Shown here: in pieces, positions 13,598 through 25,542 of the stretch
Numbering within the stretch: position 1 is the first letter of the stretch
Layout: the number at the start of each line of letters is the position of its first letter
Source of the DNA: Callorhinchus milii
Lineage: Eukaryota
Direction: 5' to 3'
NCBI RefSeq assembly: GCF_018977255.1
Contig: NW_024704743.1
Coordinates: forward strand, 23,252,001 to 23,316,000
Length of the DNA stretch: 64,000 nt
The notes under the pieces: generated by a model
What the model was told of the DNA's origin: nothing
The model's database searches: none
Seen by the model: only the letters and a program-made list of their open reading frames with translations
Program-made: the position numbers and the translations under genes

Positions 13598-13997
13598 AGG
13601 CAAGTTTCCTTACTCCACATGCTTCTGCTTACCTAGTGGTAAGTAGGAACCTGGTTGTTTGTCAATTGGCGGATCCCTTTTCTGGGAGTAATAATCCCTC
13701 CCCCAAAAAATTATTATAATTTGGTCACTCAATCCCGACTATTTATGGGACACTGTTGTGCACAATTGGCTGCCGCGTTTCACCCACAAAATATACAGTC
13801 AACTAAATTAATCCTTGCATTTGATATAGTGTCTTATCAAGATCGAGATGTCTCAAAGCGCTTCACAAAATATACTGTAAAGTGAATTGACTGTATATTT
13901 TACGGTACACTTTATGGTGTATTCTGTGAAGCGCTTTGAATTGGCTCAATGATGATAAGGTGCTATATCAAATGCAAGGATGATTATTATTATTATT
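13598..13997 (+). mobile_element. Young SINE, 5'-truncated, with an inverted tail segment inside
   Basis: SINE body interrupted at ~13808-13902 by a reverse-complement copy of its own tail. Confidence 0.8.
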
Positions 13998-14949
13998 TTC
14001 CTGCATAGCTAAAATGCAGGCCATTAAAATCATTGAGGCTTTAATACAGACTGCTAAATTTCCATATTCTGTGAAGTCAGACACAGCAGGTAGCCAGGTT
14101 AAAGAATTACCTTGATGTGATGTGCCTGTTCCTTCTTCACTATTGTGTAACCTTGTTACTCCAGAGCAAATTGTAGTGTGTATAAAATCTCAGACAATTA
14201 CATAAATTGATCAAATCAATGTCATGTTTCAATGATGTTCAGTGTTACATCCATGAACTATGAACATGGTTTTCTGATAGTTTAACAACAACAACTTGCA
14301 TTTACATGGCATCCCTCATGCAAGGAAGTGTCCCAGAGTGTTTATGGTGATCTTATTGCAGCAACACTATTACAAATTAACCTATAGGCAGATTCTATCA
14401 ATGGTTGGTTGGAATAAGTGGCCTGAAATAAAACAAAGAGCCACCGACTGTACAGGATATCACAAGATTATACAAATGGTTTCAGATGAAGAAGGCCCTT
14501 CAGCGATTTTGATCTCATCCATCCAGAATCCCACAGACCGTCCAACTGCTTTTTAAATGAATCCAGTATCCTGGCCTCAAACACCCTTCCTGGCAACCTG
14601 TTCCAGTTGTTAATAATGAATCACTACCAGAGAGAGAGGAGGAATGTAGGGAAATCAATTCCTGCAACTCCACAACAATATTCAAGCATTTCATTTGCAC
14701 TCCAGTTCAGTATGGGGATGATTTGAGACCTTGATATGTGTAAAATGGCTGCAGTGTTTGGTTCCCAAAAAAAGCACTACATTTGATGGTAATTATTCTG
14801 AAACTCTTTAAGCCATTTTGATGTGATATGATACTATAAAATGCAAGTGATATCTTTCTTTGTGGATAATAATGCTTTGATTAATTAAGTCCTTAAGACA
14901 TGTCAAAACACTTCAAAGGATCTTTACTGTATTGTACCATTTTGAGTTG

Positions 14950-15155
14950 TTCCCTCGGTTCTTCAACATCCACCTGAACAGGCAAATGAGATCTTGGTTT
15001 AACATCCCATCTGGAGGACGGCACTTCCAACAATGCTGCACACAATGCTGCACACTCGCACTGCTAGACAGTGAGTTAAAAATCCCAATGTGAAGCTTAA
15101 ACCCATAACCTTATGACTCACAGGTAAGAGTGCTACCAACTGAGCCAGACTGACA
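14950..15155 (-). mobile_element. Old SacSINE1-like SINE, 5' part
   Basis: Reverse complement of the head (GAGTGCTACCAACTGAGCCAGACTGACA). Confidence 0.65.
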
Positions 15156-16199
15156 CTTTTAATCACACGAGTTTAATGCAACTTTGGAAGAGCTAAATCC
15201 ATTGTAACCCAGTGGTTTGGCTCCATAAGTTCAGCCCTCAAAACATGAAATAATATCCACCTTGTGAGTTCTCAGGTCACCACTGATAATGATTTCCTGC
15301 AGCTGTGTGTATGCACAGGAAGTATTGCAAACATCATTTCATGAAAGAAGTCAGTAACGGCAGCACTTCCTATGAAGAGTGTGCATGTGCAATACGCAGG
15401 AAGCGATGTCAGCAACACTTCTCAGGCATACCACACATTTGCAAGAAGTAACATCAAAGGTAACCCGACAACCTGGAAAGAAGCCAAACTATCAGACCAG
15501 AAGCTGGATGCCACAATAGCAGGAAAGCCTGAAAGTTACTAAAATATCACAAGGACCGCAGCTCAGCTATTTACCTATGCAACTGCATGCATTGCCTTCA
15601 TAACGTACGGTGTGAGATTACTTCTATTGTTCCCAATGGTGTTGATGCCAATAGAAAGACATCATTAGATTCTTTAATGCTACTAAACAAAATGTCATAT
15701 ATCTGTAGGTGCACAATACCTTCCAGCAGTATCTGGCTGACACCTATGCACTGTTGCTGTAGTACAATGCTTGGCATTCAGCCTTCAATGTTTCTTCAAA
15801 GTCAGCATCAGCGTTTATCAGTTTATCACTATTTATTGTTAATCTGCAATGGATAGTGAGAATCACTAGTGTTCCTGTCCAACGGTGTTTTCAATACGTT
15901 TGCAGAAAAATTGCTGACCAAACAGAAGATTAATGCAATAGGGTGGAAATTCTAAAAAAATCACGCAAACTGGCATTACACAACTTCAGTGGAAATTCAG
16001 GCAAGCTTCGGCACAAACGTTGATTTAAGGCAGTATCAGGTGAAATACGTTGCTGTACTACAATACAATACTAAACACAATACTGTTCTAAAGTGTTTGG
16101 GATCCATAAAATCCTAACCCACGTTATAGCAAGTAGTGATAGCTGGTTTAACCATGCATGCTAACAACTGGCCTGTACACAGAGAGCACGCTGACTGGA

Positions 16200-16700
16200 T
16201 CCCATTCTCTTTGGTTATTAAATAGGTCAAAAGGAATGTTCAACAATCTGACAATCATCACTTGTAATAGTTTGACCTATATGAAAGGTACTGCAAGTTG
16301 TTGTATTGATTTTATTCCCATTCCTAACCTTCCTAGCCAGATAGAGTTTTTTTCCAGTTCTTTTTTGTTGAAGAAGTTAATCAAAGCTGCATACATTTCT
16401 TTTGCTAGTAGTGTGTTCCACGTATCCATTACTGTGGGGGAAGAAACGATTCTCTGATCTCTAGTCTTGTTTAGTTTGAACCTGTCAAACAATTTGCTTA
16501 TAACCACATCCCCTCAGCATCTTAACATCTAGATCATGGCCCTTAAAATCTTCTTTTCTCAAATGAAACAAAGTTTAGTTCTGCAAATCTCTCTTCATAA
16601 CTGGAAGCCTTAAATCCTAGAATTATGCCTGTTCCTCTTATCTGAATCCTGAGAGGGGTCAAGGTAGAATTCTTCTACTGAATCAAACACTCAGCTGAGT
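16200..16700 (-). mobile_element. Ancient CR1-like LINE 3' fragment
   Basis: SSPTVMDTWNTLL...INFFNKKELEK resembles the CR1 C-terminal V..WN.LP...FK..LD motif. Confidence 0.55.
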
Positions 16701-17100
16701 ACTGCTCTTCATTGCTTTGACGAAAAAGGCACAGACTGAGAGACAAACTCCCTGCAGGCAATATGTGACGTACGGAGTGATACATATGTAAGAAGGTACA
16801 CAATTTCTCTGAGATAACTGATGCACAATTAACAAGAACAAGGAGGTTCGTGAAAGGAAATTAGAGAAAACATTAAGGAAGATGGAAAGGGAATCAAAGC
16901 AATGACCACAAACCCATTAGCTGCCTGTTTAATTGAATTATCTCATAAGACTAACCAGATTGAATTACATATCCCACATAAATTTTATATGATTAATAAC
17001 AGTGACATGCTTCAGAATGATGGTGAATATTGAACAAATCTGAAGTGAATAGTGAATACCTACCATCTGTAGATGCATTAAACAAAAAAGCATACTTCAC

Positions 17101-17590
17101 TGTTACGATGGCCCAATCATGAGTATGGATTTACTGTATTAAGAGTATAACTTTGGGAATGTTGTATTACGGTATGAGTGAAGCACGAGTGCAGAAAGAG
17201 TTAAAACAAAGGAGTGCCGCGAGGTCACAGAGACGGGCCAGTCAGCAGGGATGAGCAGTCAAGCTGGCACCAGCAGGGATGAACACATCAAGCATTGAAA
17301 TTGTGAAGACAAAGGACACACTAAATTAAAATAGCCCTAGAAGCTGTGTGTGGACATCTCAAGGTATGCAGAGATCACGGGGTAGAGGAGAGCTAGGCAC
17401 CGGAGATGAGGGAAGACTGAAGGAACAAGCAGTATCAGATAGTGAAGAATGGAATACTTGAGAACCAGGCACAGGACGGTCAAGACAAAGGAGAAAAGGG
17501 CCTGAGTAAGGGTCAGGGCACAGGCGGAAGGTCATTAGAAAGGAATGTCTCCTTAATGGAACAATTTCCAAGAACTTCGGCACGGTGTAG
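17101..17590 (+). repeat. 5' LTR, truncated and partly divergent
   Basis: First ~180 bp match the 3' LTR with 8 mismatches by manual count. Similarity then decays and the sequence runs into mid-gag. No PBS seen. Right boundary approximate. Confidence 0.75.
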
Positions 17591-17598
17591 AGACAGGC

Positions 17599-18279
17599 TT
17601 GGGGCTAAAGAGCCAAGAACTGCATGAGGCTGATCAGGACCTGAGGGAGCAGCCTACAGTGTTTATCAAAAAGCTGAGTGAGCTGTTCCTGTTAACACAA
17701 GTCTTTACTCCCGACGATGCACCCGAGACCCATGAGTTAGAGCGGTACAGAAAGAAGTTTTTGGCTGAACTGCACTGCCGTGTTAAAACATCCCTGGGAA
17801 TGTCAGTGACCCACCAAACGGACGGGGAAACCTTGATTGATATGGTCACAAAGGTGTGGGAGAACTGTCGGAAAGCCTACCCCAATGATGGACCCCTTAA
17901 ATCGACTAAAAAGGAAGTATGCGTCGTAGAGGGACCCCAGGCTAAACCAAACGCATAGAACCCCCAATATCAAAACCCGGGAAATAGATCCAACCAGGGA
18001 AATGGAAGAAAGTTTGAGCGAGGCTCCGGTAGATGAAAGCAGGGTACCAGGTCCGATTCACGTACCGCTATGCCTGTGGGCAAATGGGACACTGGGCGCG
18101 GAGTTGCCCCCAGAGGTTTGAGCTTGGTAATCTTAGGAACAATCGGAACAAGCCACCCCCAGCTTATGTGCCGGGCAACCAGACTAGCACTGTACAGTTT
18201 GACACAGGCGCAACTACAAAACATGATTGATCAATCTATAAGTAAAAGTTTAGCTGCAGGGGCAGACAGGGCGAAGTAG
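17599..18279 (+). pseudogene. gag: gag C-terminal remnant (capsid C-terminal part and nucleocapsid zinc knuckle)
   Basis: QDLREQPTVFIKKL resembles the major homology region. RYACGQMGHWARSCP is a CX2CX4HX4C knuckle with the first Cys mutated (CGC). Confidence 0.8.
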
Positions 18280-18371
18280 AACTATAGTCAGGTAGACCAG
18301 GTTATCGCATCTGCTCCTCCATAGTTGACTGGGAACGTTGATGAAAGTGAAGGGTCGACACTGTTAGACCA

Positions 18372-18760
18372 ATGACAGGATCCAGCCTCCCTGGTGCCCT
18401 TTTATCCAAGCCTGGACAACCAACCCTATGCCAGACCAGGTTGAACGGAGGCCCACCCCAACTAATGCTGATTGACACTGGGTCAAATATTACCATACTA
18501 CACTCTAGAGAACCTTCCCAGTTCCCTCATGCGACCAGACGACATCAATCAGGATTCGAGGGAATGTCCCAACGAGCTGTGCAACTTACCCACTGTACTT
18601 TATGCTTCCCTAATTGTGTTTATGTGTTTCCGAACTGGTGGCCCTGGTAGTGCCCTCCCATCGGGGCACACTGGGCTCCAATGTGTTGCTCAAATATTCT
18701 GCTATGAATGATTACGCGAATCAATATCTCTGGGTGCAGGATCCGGGCGGAGGGGGATTG
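18372..18760 (+). pseudogene. pro: Retroviral aspartic protease remnant
   Basis: MLIDTGSNITIL catalytic motif, located between gag and RT. Confidence 0.85.
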
Positions 18761-18989
18761 GTAGACTATCCTGCCAAAATATAGGATTCCCATTCAGTAT
18801 TCGCTATTAAAAAAAATTGAAGCGTATCCCCCTCTAGCATTCCCTGATTCAGAGGTAGCCGAAATTTTCCACGATTGTCCATCAGTATTAGCCGCACACA
18901 AATATGACTGCGGGACGCTGGGCACTCCCAAGCAAGTAAATGGGTCACCTCACCGGCAATGCAAGCAAAACCCGATTGAAAAAGACAGT

Positions 18990-19649
18990 CACTAGCATGT
19001 AGAGGCAACCATTGATTCCTTGCTGGAACAGGGTGTTATTCGAAAGGGATCTTTCACAGTCAATTCTCCAATTTGGCCTGCGCGAAGTCCCGATGGCAGT
19101 TGGCGATTGACTATCGACTACCGACAATTAAATCAAGTCACAGCATCCTGTGCACCCGTGGTGAGCGATTCCCCGACCTTACTGACCAGCCTTCCTCGCT
19201 CAGCCTCCTTATTCTCCACACTCGACATTTTCTAATGGAATTTGGAGTGTGCCTGTAAGCCTTCAAAGATCAATACAAGTTTGCATTCACTTTTAAAAAT
19301 CAACAGTACACATGGATTTGTATTCTGCAGGATTCCACAACGCGCCCACGATCTTCCATAAGCGAATGGCTGCGGTCTTAAAAGAGGTTGTGCATTCGGA
19401 GTATGTATTCCAGTCCGTGGATGATATCTTGATCGCCACCCCGGACTGGCACACTTGCTTGGAAGTCTTGTTGGACGTTTACACTGAGCCAGGCTAAAGA
19501 TCAATGCAAAGAAGGCACAACTGCTCAAGCTAACTGTCACTTTCCTCGGGGTCACCCTCAGCAAAGGTGGTCGTACTCCCGAAGAGGACAAAATCGACAT
19601 CCTGCAAAAGCTTCCTCTGCCTGCCTCCAAAACCGCACTCCGATCCTTT
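18990..19649 (+). pseudogene. pol: Reverse transcriptase remnant
   Basis: LEQGVIRKG..NSPIWPARSPDGSWRLTIDYRQLN, FSTLDI, GFHNAPTIFH, FQSVDDILIAT (YVDD mutated to SVDD), VTFLG. Confidence 0.93.
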
Positions 19650-20200
19650 TTGGGACTAGTGGAATACAGGCGATCGCTCGTTGTGATACTTGCCGAGACA
19701 GCCAAGTCACTGTATGAGCTCCTGAAGGGGCTAGGAGATGAGGTACAAGCCGTCTGGACTAAGGAGCACAAGCGAGCAGTAACAGTGGCAGTAGCACCAG
19801 CCACCTGCCTGATTTCACCCGACCCTACCTCCCACTTGGAGGTTGCCTCTACTACCGAAAGCCTGTCAGCGATGCTATGCCAGATGGTCAGGGACAAGCT
19901 GATCCCCATCGCATACGCCTCTCGGATCCTGATGGGGGAAGAAAATACGTTTAATGCCTGTGAAAAACACCTGTTGGTGACTTATTGGGCTGTGAAGCAT
20001 TTCACCTTCATCACTGGGCTCCAGAAGCAGGTACTATGTTCTCCACACGCCACTGAATCTTCTGCTGAAGCCTGGGGACACCCTACTTTCCTCCCAGCAT
20101 TTGAATCATTGTAAGTTGCCACTGATGGAATGCAATCTGGAGATGGTACGCCAGATAAACACTTTCTTGCCACATATGATGACCTATATGGGGATCCCAC
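19650..20200 (+). pseudogene. pol: Tether / first (Gypsy-type, non-catalytic) RNase H domain
   Basis: HLEVASTTESLSAMLCQ..PIAYASRIL...E..F..CEKHLL..YWAVKHF follows the Ty3/Gypsy RH pattern but lacks the TDAS aspartate. Confidence 0.8.
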
Positions 20201-20259
20201 ATGAATGCCCTTTACCTCGGCTGGGATTCCGTGAGAGTTTGGTGCACCGCCAAATTATA

Positions 20260-20690
20260 CCCGATGGCCGGGCGGTAGACATTGATGGATTGTCCTTTCA
20301 TGAGTGTGGGAACCCTTACACCGGGTTCGCCGTAATTATCCCACCGGACGTCGAAATTTTGTACAAATGCCAACCACACTCGGCCCAGTACGCCAAACTT
20401 GCGACACTACAGGAGGCTATCACCCATACCAGGGCACCCCCCCTACCCCGTCAATGTGTGGTGCATACGTGGTAAACAGGGTGATGATGCTACCCTTGTA
20501 TCAGGTTAATAACTTCTACACTAACGATGGTAACCACTGACGCACCGGACACTACTACGAAACATATTGCAGTTATTACAGGACCGCACAACCCCGCTCT
20601 TCTTGGGGAAGGTGAAAGGACATGCCCCAGGCTCAGACCCCACTCAATGAGTAACTTGGCAGCGGACCATGCTGCTAAGTATGCTGCATG
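20260..20690 (+). pseudogene. pol: Second (retroviral-type) RNase H domain
   Basis: DIDGLSF..G..YTGFAV, HSAQYAKLATL (SAQxAEL motif), KVKGHA, SNLAADHAAKYAA. Confidence 0.85.
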
Positions 20691-20959
20691 ACAGGCGGAG
20701 GAGTGGACTTTACACTGTCGCCTATCCGAGAACAACTTCTTGGTTGAGCCTGTTGCAACTCCTCCATCTTTGGATCTAGTAGCACTGCAAACATTGTATT
20801 CCCCCCATCGGATGGTCATCGAGTGGCACAAGGAGGGCCAAACGCTCTCGCAGCCGACCGAATGGGCCCACAAAACTATCCTCACCTCCTCTAATACTTC
20901 TCCAGAGCAACTATTGATGTACCATCCCTCCCCTACCATCGGTCTACCGGTAGCATGCA

Positions 20960-22050
20960 TTCCTCCTTACTTGGTGGAAGAAGTGTTTGCCATCTGCCAC
21001 TCACACCCTGTTTCAAGCCATGTTTCTGCTCCATTGTCCCTCCAAAACGTCCTTCGCACCATCTGGTGGCCGACGGTGGCATCGGATATTGCTGCACATA
21101 CCCATCAGTGTTTAGTGCCTACAACATAATCCACCCCCGTGTGGACAGCGGGCCTAGTTGGCCTCTGCTCCACCCCCTCAGGTTCCATGAACCCACATTC
21201 AAATTGATTTCATTGCGCCTTTACCTCCGGCACCATTGCCTGGTCATTATTGATAATACCGGTACATGTGGATAAGTGATCATGGATCCCATTTCACCGG
21301 TCAGGTGTTTTCCCAGATGCAAGTGACATTGTTTGCTGGGACCTCCCAATATTGGTAGCTACAAACTGGTTGGTTGCTTCAATACATTCCCTCATTCAGA
21401 TGACCCATTCTGTAAGTGCTCCCATTTGGATGGGATATCCGGAAGATAAAAGATAAAACAAAAGAGATAAAACAAAAGTTACACATCTCACACCACCCTC
21501 AGTCATCAGGATTAGTAGAACAGGGTAATCGAACACTAAAAACTATGTTAAAAAAGTTTTATGCAGACCACCCCACGCAGTGGACCGAGATGTTGCCGAT
21601 GTGCCTGATGGCCATCAGAGCAACCCCCAACCCTCGGATATCGCCCTACCAGGCCATGACAGGGAGACTGATGATAACTCCAGACCAGGTAATGGTCCCA
21701 AGTGTGACTCCCATCCAAATGGAAGCACTTACAGAATGGGTCATCTGAATGAGGGAATGTATTGAAGCAACCAACCAGTTTGTGGCTACCAAAATTGGGA
21801 GGTCCCAGCAAACAATGAGGAAGTGCTTCAGTAAAAAGATTAAACTGGCCGAATACCAAGTTGATGACCCGGTTATGGTGCTTGGTTATGGGAAGAAGGA
21901 CCACCCCTTTTGTCCAAAATATCAGGGGCCTTTCCCCATAGTGGAGAAAGCCAGCTCATCAGTATAGTTAGTACAATACACAAAAAATGGCAGAAAACGT
22001 ATTCGGTGGCACCACATTAACCAACTTAAAAACGGAAATGAGCTGATAGG
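20960..22050 (+). pseudogene. pol: Integrase remnant with GPY/F motif
   Basis: HSHPVSSH...WWP...QCLV (HHCC region), SDHGSHFTGQVF, HHPQSSGLVEQGNRTLK, W..MLP..LMAIRATPN..ISPY..MTGR, KYQGPFPIVEK. Has an internal deletion and an inverted insertion. Confidence 0.9.
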
Positions 22051-22060
22051 AACTGGTTCC

Positions 22061-22084
22061 ACACTTATATCTTTCAGAGCCATG
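22061..22084 (+). promoter_or_regulatory. Putative env splice acceptor and start codon
   Basis: ACACTTATATCTTTCAG|AGCCATG: pyrimidine tract, CAG, then GCCATG just after the integrase ends. Confidence 0.55.
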
Positions 22085-24527
22085 ATGGGAGGATGATTAT
22101 GCCTCCTACTACTGGGATTCTTCAAATACCTGTCAGTCGAAGGGGTCCGACCTGGACCAATTCTCCTACCGATGAGACGGTTCGACTGCGGGGTATTGCA
22201 TGTGACGGGACCATCAGCAGCAACCATTGCAACTGAATGTTCGGGCAAGCTTCAAGTGCGATTTCACTACACTCAGATATCCAGTGGTGGAAAAGGGGGA
22301 GAACGGATGGACTACTTGATGGCCGACTGTTCCAGATCGAACCCACGAGGGTTAACAAGACAAACTCATCTTGGATCAAGCTTGCAATCGGCAACTCAGA
22401 TATACCAGGGGTCTACTGGCCAGTGTTTGTGCTATGGAACAACCCTTCTACTGACCTCAGAAACTTAGCTCAGAATGGACTCTGTCGGTGGAACCAAAAC
22501 GGGACTAAGTTTAACACAACGGTAAATGTTGTGGATACAGTATACTGATGCATTCCAAGCAATGGGCTGCAGACGCAGAATGTTAATGTAATATAGTGTA
22601 ATAAGTCAGCGCCTGTCGGTACGGTCGAGATATTCTTTTATTTTAAGATGCATGTTACATATAGATGGGATAGTGTGGACCTATAAGGAGAGTAAGTACA
22701 CGGGCGAGTAGAACGTGTACCCGGTAACCATCTCAGTGAAAAAAAGTTGTAGGCCTCTAAAACGGGGAACGGCTCTCCCGGAAACACCCGCTACTTCCGC
22801 CCCGGCCAGGTGGGGATATCTTACATACAAACCTCACAGGGCAGAAACCTCAATGGCTGTTGCACTTGCCCTACATCTATACTCGGGGTGAGGGCTTATG
22901 TAAATGTGGGATGGATATAGAGCCAGGTTGCTCAACCCTGGTGGAGGATGCTCTGGGCAAGTACGACACCTTCCGTTAGAAGTGGAGGACGAACCTAAAT
23001 CATTGCGGAAAGGGTCATATGGGGATGTGACCTTCACCCCAGGCCCCAGTAATTGTCTGGTGGCCCAGGTCACACAGCAGCAGGTACATGTTGGGGTTCA
23101 GTATGAGACATACCAGATAATTTTGGATATGTCGAGACTCGACCTCCCTGCAGGATTGTGTGACCCAGCACTACCAGGAGTGGAAAGGCCATGTGATACA
23201 ACAATACCTGGCCCAATTCCATTAAGATACCGCTATCATCCACGCCCTTAAACTATCGAAATGGGCAAAAAGATCACTCACGGACTGGGTAGCGGAGGGT
23301 GCAGCCTCCAGGGTGGGACTAAATTGTTTGGACATAGAGAACCAATGCTACGAATCCCAAAGGTTACAAGAGGCACTGAAGAGCCTGTTATTTAAATTAA
23401 ATAATCCATGAAATGGGTGAGGGAGTCTTATCATTTAACGATGTGGTTAAAGTTTTGGCCACCACTTAGGTTAAGGTAAGTGCAATACTGGCAAATCAGG
23501 ATGATCGTGCGGCAAATGCCTCCTGAGCAATCACTTGCTCCTTGTACCTGATCTATGTACAGCAAATGGTCCAATCCACTTTCCTCTCACTACAGCAGAA
23601 CCGCCTTCCTGCTTGATTCTCCGATCCCCAATTAGAAGACGTAGTGCCCGGAGAGGTCAATTTCTGCTTAGTGAGACAATTTACTCAGGTCAAACTGGTG
23701 CCTCGAGAATATCTAGGTTCCCCCTCACTGGATAACATTGGATTAGTACTCCGGGTACCACGATTCTGATCACTGCAGCCGTCCCCACTGTTTGAAGTCG
23801 CATCCATAGGTGTCATACGGCAGGGTCACTGGGTACAGCATGCCCAACACCCCTCGTTCATCATGCATGTAAATGCAACACATTGGAAGGGGATCCGATT
23901 GACTAATTGTTGATGCTGGGGTGATACTTGGGTATGTCCACCGGAAGACTCTTCTACCTCTTGTGGGTTTACCCTGTTCTCCACTTCCCCAGAATGTGGG
24001 ATGATCATAACCTCACATTGGTCTGGAACTTTGGTGTCTTATAAGGGATTGGGGGAATACTGCTATACCTCATCTGAAACCACCTTCCAGGTAGAGCTGC
24101 AAGAATGCCCCTCCCATACACCAGTGCATGCTTCTCCCCTACGATCCCAGTAAGAATAGGAACCTACCACGTTGATCACAAAATTGTCCATAACATGACC
24201 CGAATTCAGCAACATTCCAACCTCCATTGAGAGGCACTGGAGGCAATTGCCTGATTCGGTCACCCTATACTGCCCTTGTCCCTGAGCCTAGACCAAATTC
24301 AACAGCAGGATATTACCTCACAAAAATATTTTATCCACATGCAGCAGCAAACCCAAAAGACCAACGATTCCTTTAGACATTTAGGAAACCATCACTGGTG
24401 GCAGGTAGTGTACAACGTAGGACAGAACCCCTTCACTCTCCTGGCATCATATACCTTCCTGGTGGTCCACGTAACAATGACTATAATACTAATCTGGTCT
24501 GTCCGATGGGTTCGCAGCATGGTTTGA
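22082..24527 (+). pseudogene. env: env: class I fusion glycoprotein resembling Mononegavirales F, fragmented
   Basis: Signal-peptide-like start (MMGG*LCLLLLGFF); several N-glycosylation sequons; cleavage site WAKR|SLTDWVAEGAAS at 23262-23273; GLVLRVP..LFEVASIGVI followed by a Cys-rich block; C-terminal hydrophobic segment FTLLASYTFLVVHVTMTIILIW. Confidence 0.8.
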
Positions 24528-24608
24528 AAATTACAACACCAACGGTCCCAAATGGACTTCGTAGTCTTGATGCAAAAGTGAGGGGTCGATACTGGGTATC
24601 TCCCCCTC

Positions 24609-24619
24609 AAGGTGGGGAC
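24609..24619 (+). promoter_or_regulatory. Polypurine tract (plus-strand primer)
   Basis: AAGGTGGGGAC directly precedes the TG start of the 3' LTR. Confidence 0.75.
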
Positions 24620-25542
24620 TGTTAAGATGGCCCAATCATGAGTATGGATTTACTGTGTTAAGAGTATAACTTTGGGAATGTTGTATTACGGTATGAGTGA
24701 AGTACGAGTACGGAAAGAGTTAAAACAAGGGAGTACCGCAAGGTCACAGAGACGGGCCAGTCAGCAGGGATGAGCAGTCAAGCTGGCACCAGCAGGGATA
24801 TATATGTCAAGGATTGAAATAGTGAAGGCAAAGGACACACTAAATTAATCAGTGCGAGAAGCTGTGTAGACAATAGGAATAGAGATAGCAGGATCACGAG
24901 TAGGTCTGGATAACGTCGAGACCTGGGAAAAAGAATAAGAATAGAAGCAAAAGAGGTAGAGAGTCATAACAGTTGGGGAATACGAGGTGGAAGCCGAGAT
25001 CTCCAGCCTGCCCCAGTTGTCCAGACTACGAGAACAGGTAGTATGTTTTCGGTTGTTCTGTTTTACAGGCAGGGAAGTGCTAGTTACAGAAATGAGCGCC
25101 GGGTCTAAGACTCAGTAGATAGGCTGGGCAGCACGAGAGAGGTGGTGGGGTATGCTGTATATCCCGATGAAGATAGGGCCACTCTGTGACTTTGAGTGTT
25201 TAGTGTTAAGGGCTGCAGGTGCTGTGAGGGTCAGTTGTCTGAAGGGCAATTCCAGAGGTTGACCTCCATACCAGCGCCGGTTAAAGGACAGTATTGAGGA
25301 TTGTCTGGCTTCCGAGGTGCGAAACAAGACCCAATCTGCAGTATCTGTCCACAGTTAAAGGACAGTGTGTGTTGTGCATTGGCGCCGGGTCAAAGTGCCG
25401 AGTGATTTGGAAAGGTACATTGTATGTTTGAGTGTATAAGTGTTGAATGATTTTAGTAATATTGTAATTGTGTAATAAAAAGCCATCTCACCTTAATAAA
25501 CAAGCTTTCATACTCTTATCACTGGCTTGCGGTTTGTTTACA
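24620..25542 (+). repeat. 3' LTR (923 bp)
   Basis: TGT...ACA termini, purine tract immediately upstream, AATAAA at 25474 and 25495, TSD TCAC immediately downstream. Confidence 0.92.

Larger units (their letters stand above)
17101..25542 (+). mobile_element. Endogenous retrovirus provirus, lokiretrovirus-like (LTR-gag-pro-RT-RH-RH-IN-env-LTR), defective
   Basis: Starts TGTTACGATGG and ends GTTTACA. TCAC flanks both ends (17097-17100, 25543-25546). LTR repeat 17101.. matches 24620.. Internal retroviral motifs are in canonical order, broken by stops and frameshifts. Confidence 0.93.

Noticed and set aside
17101..25542. Classification as a foamy virus or a plain Gypsy element
   Set aside because: The CCHC knuckle and absence of post-env accessory ORFs argue against foamy. 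The second retroviral-type RNase H and env argue against an ordinary Gypsy. A phylogeny is still needed.
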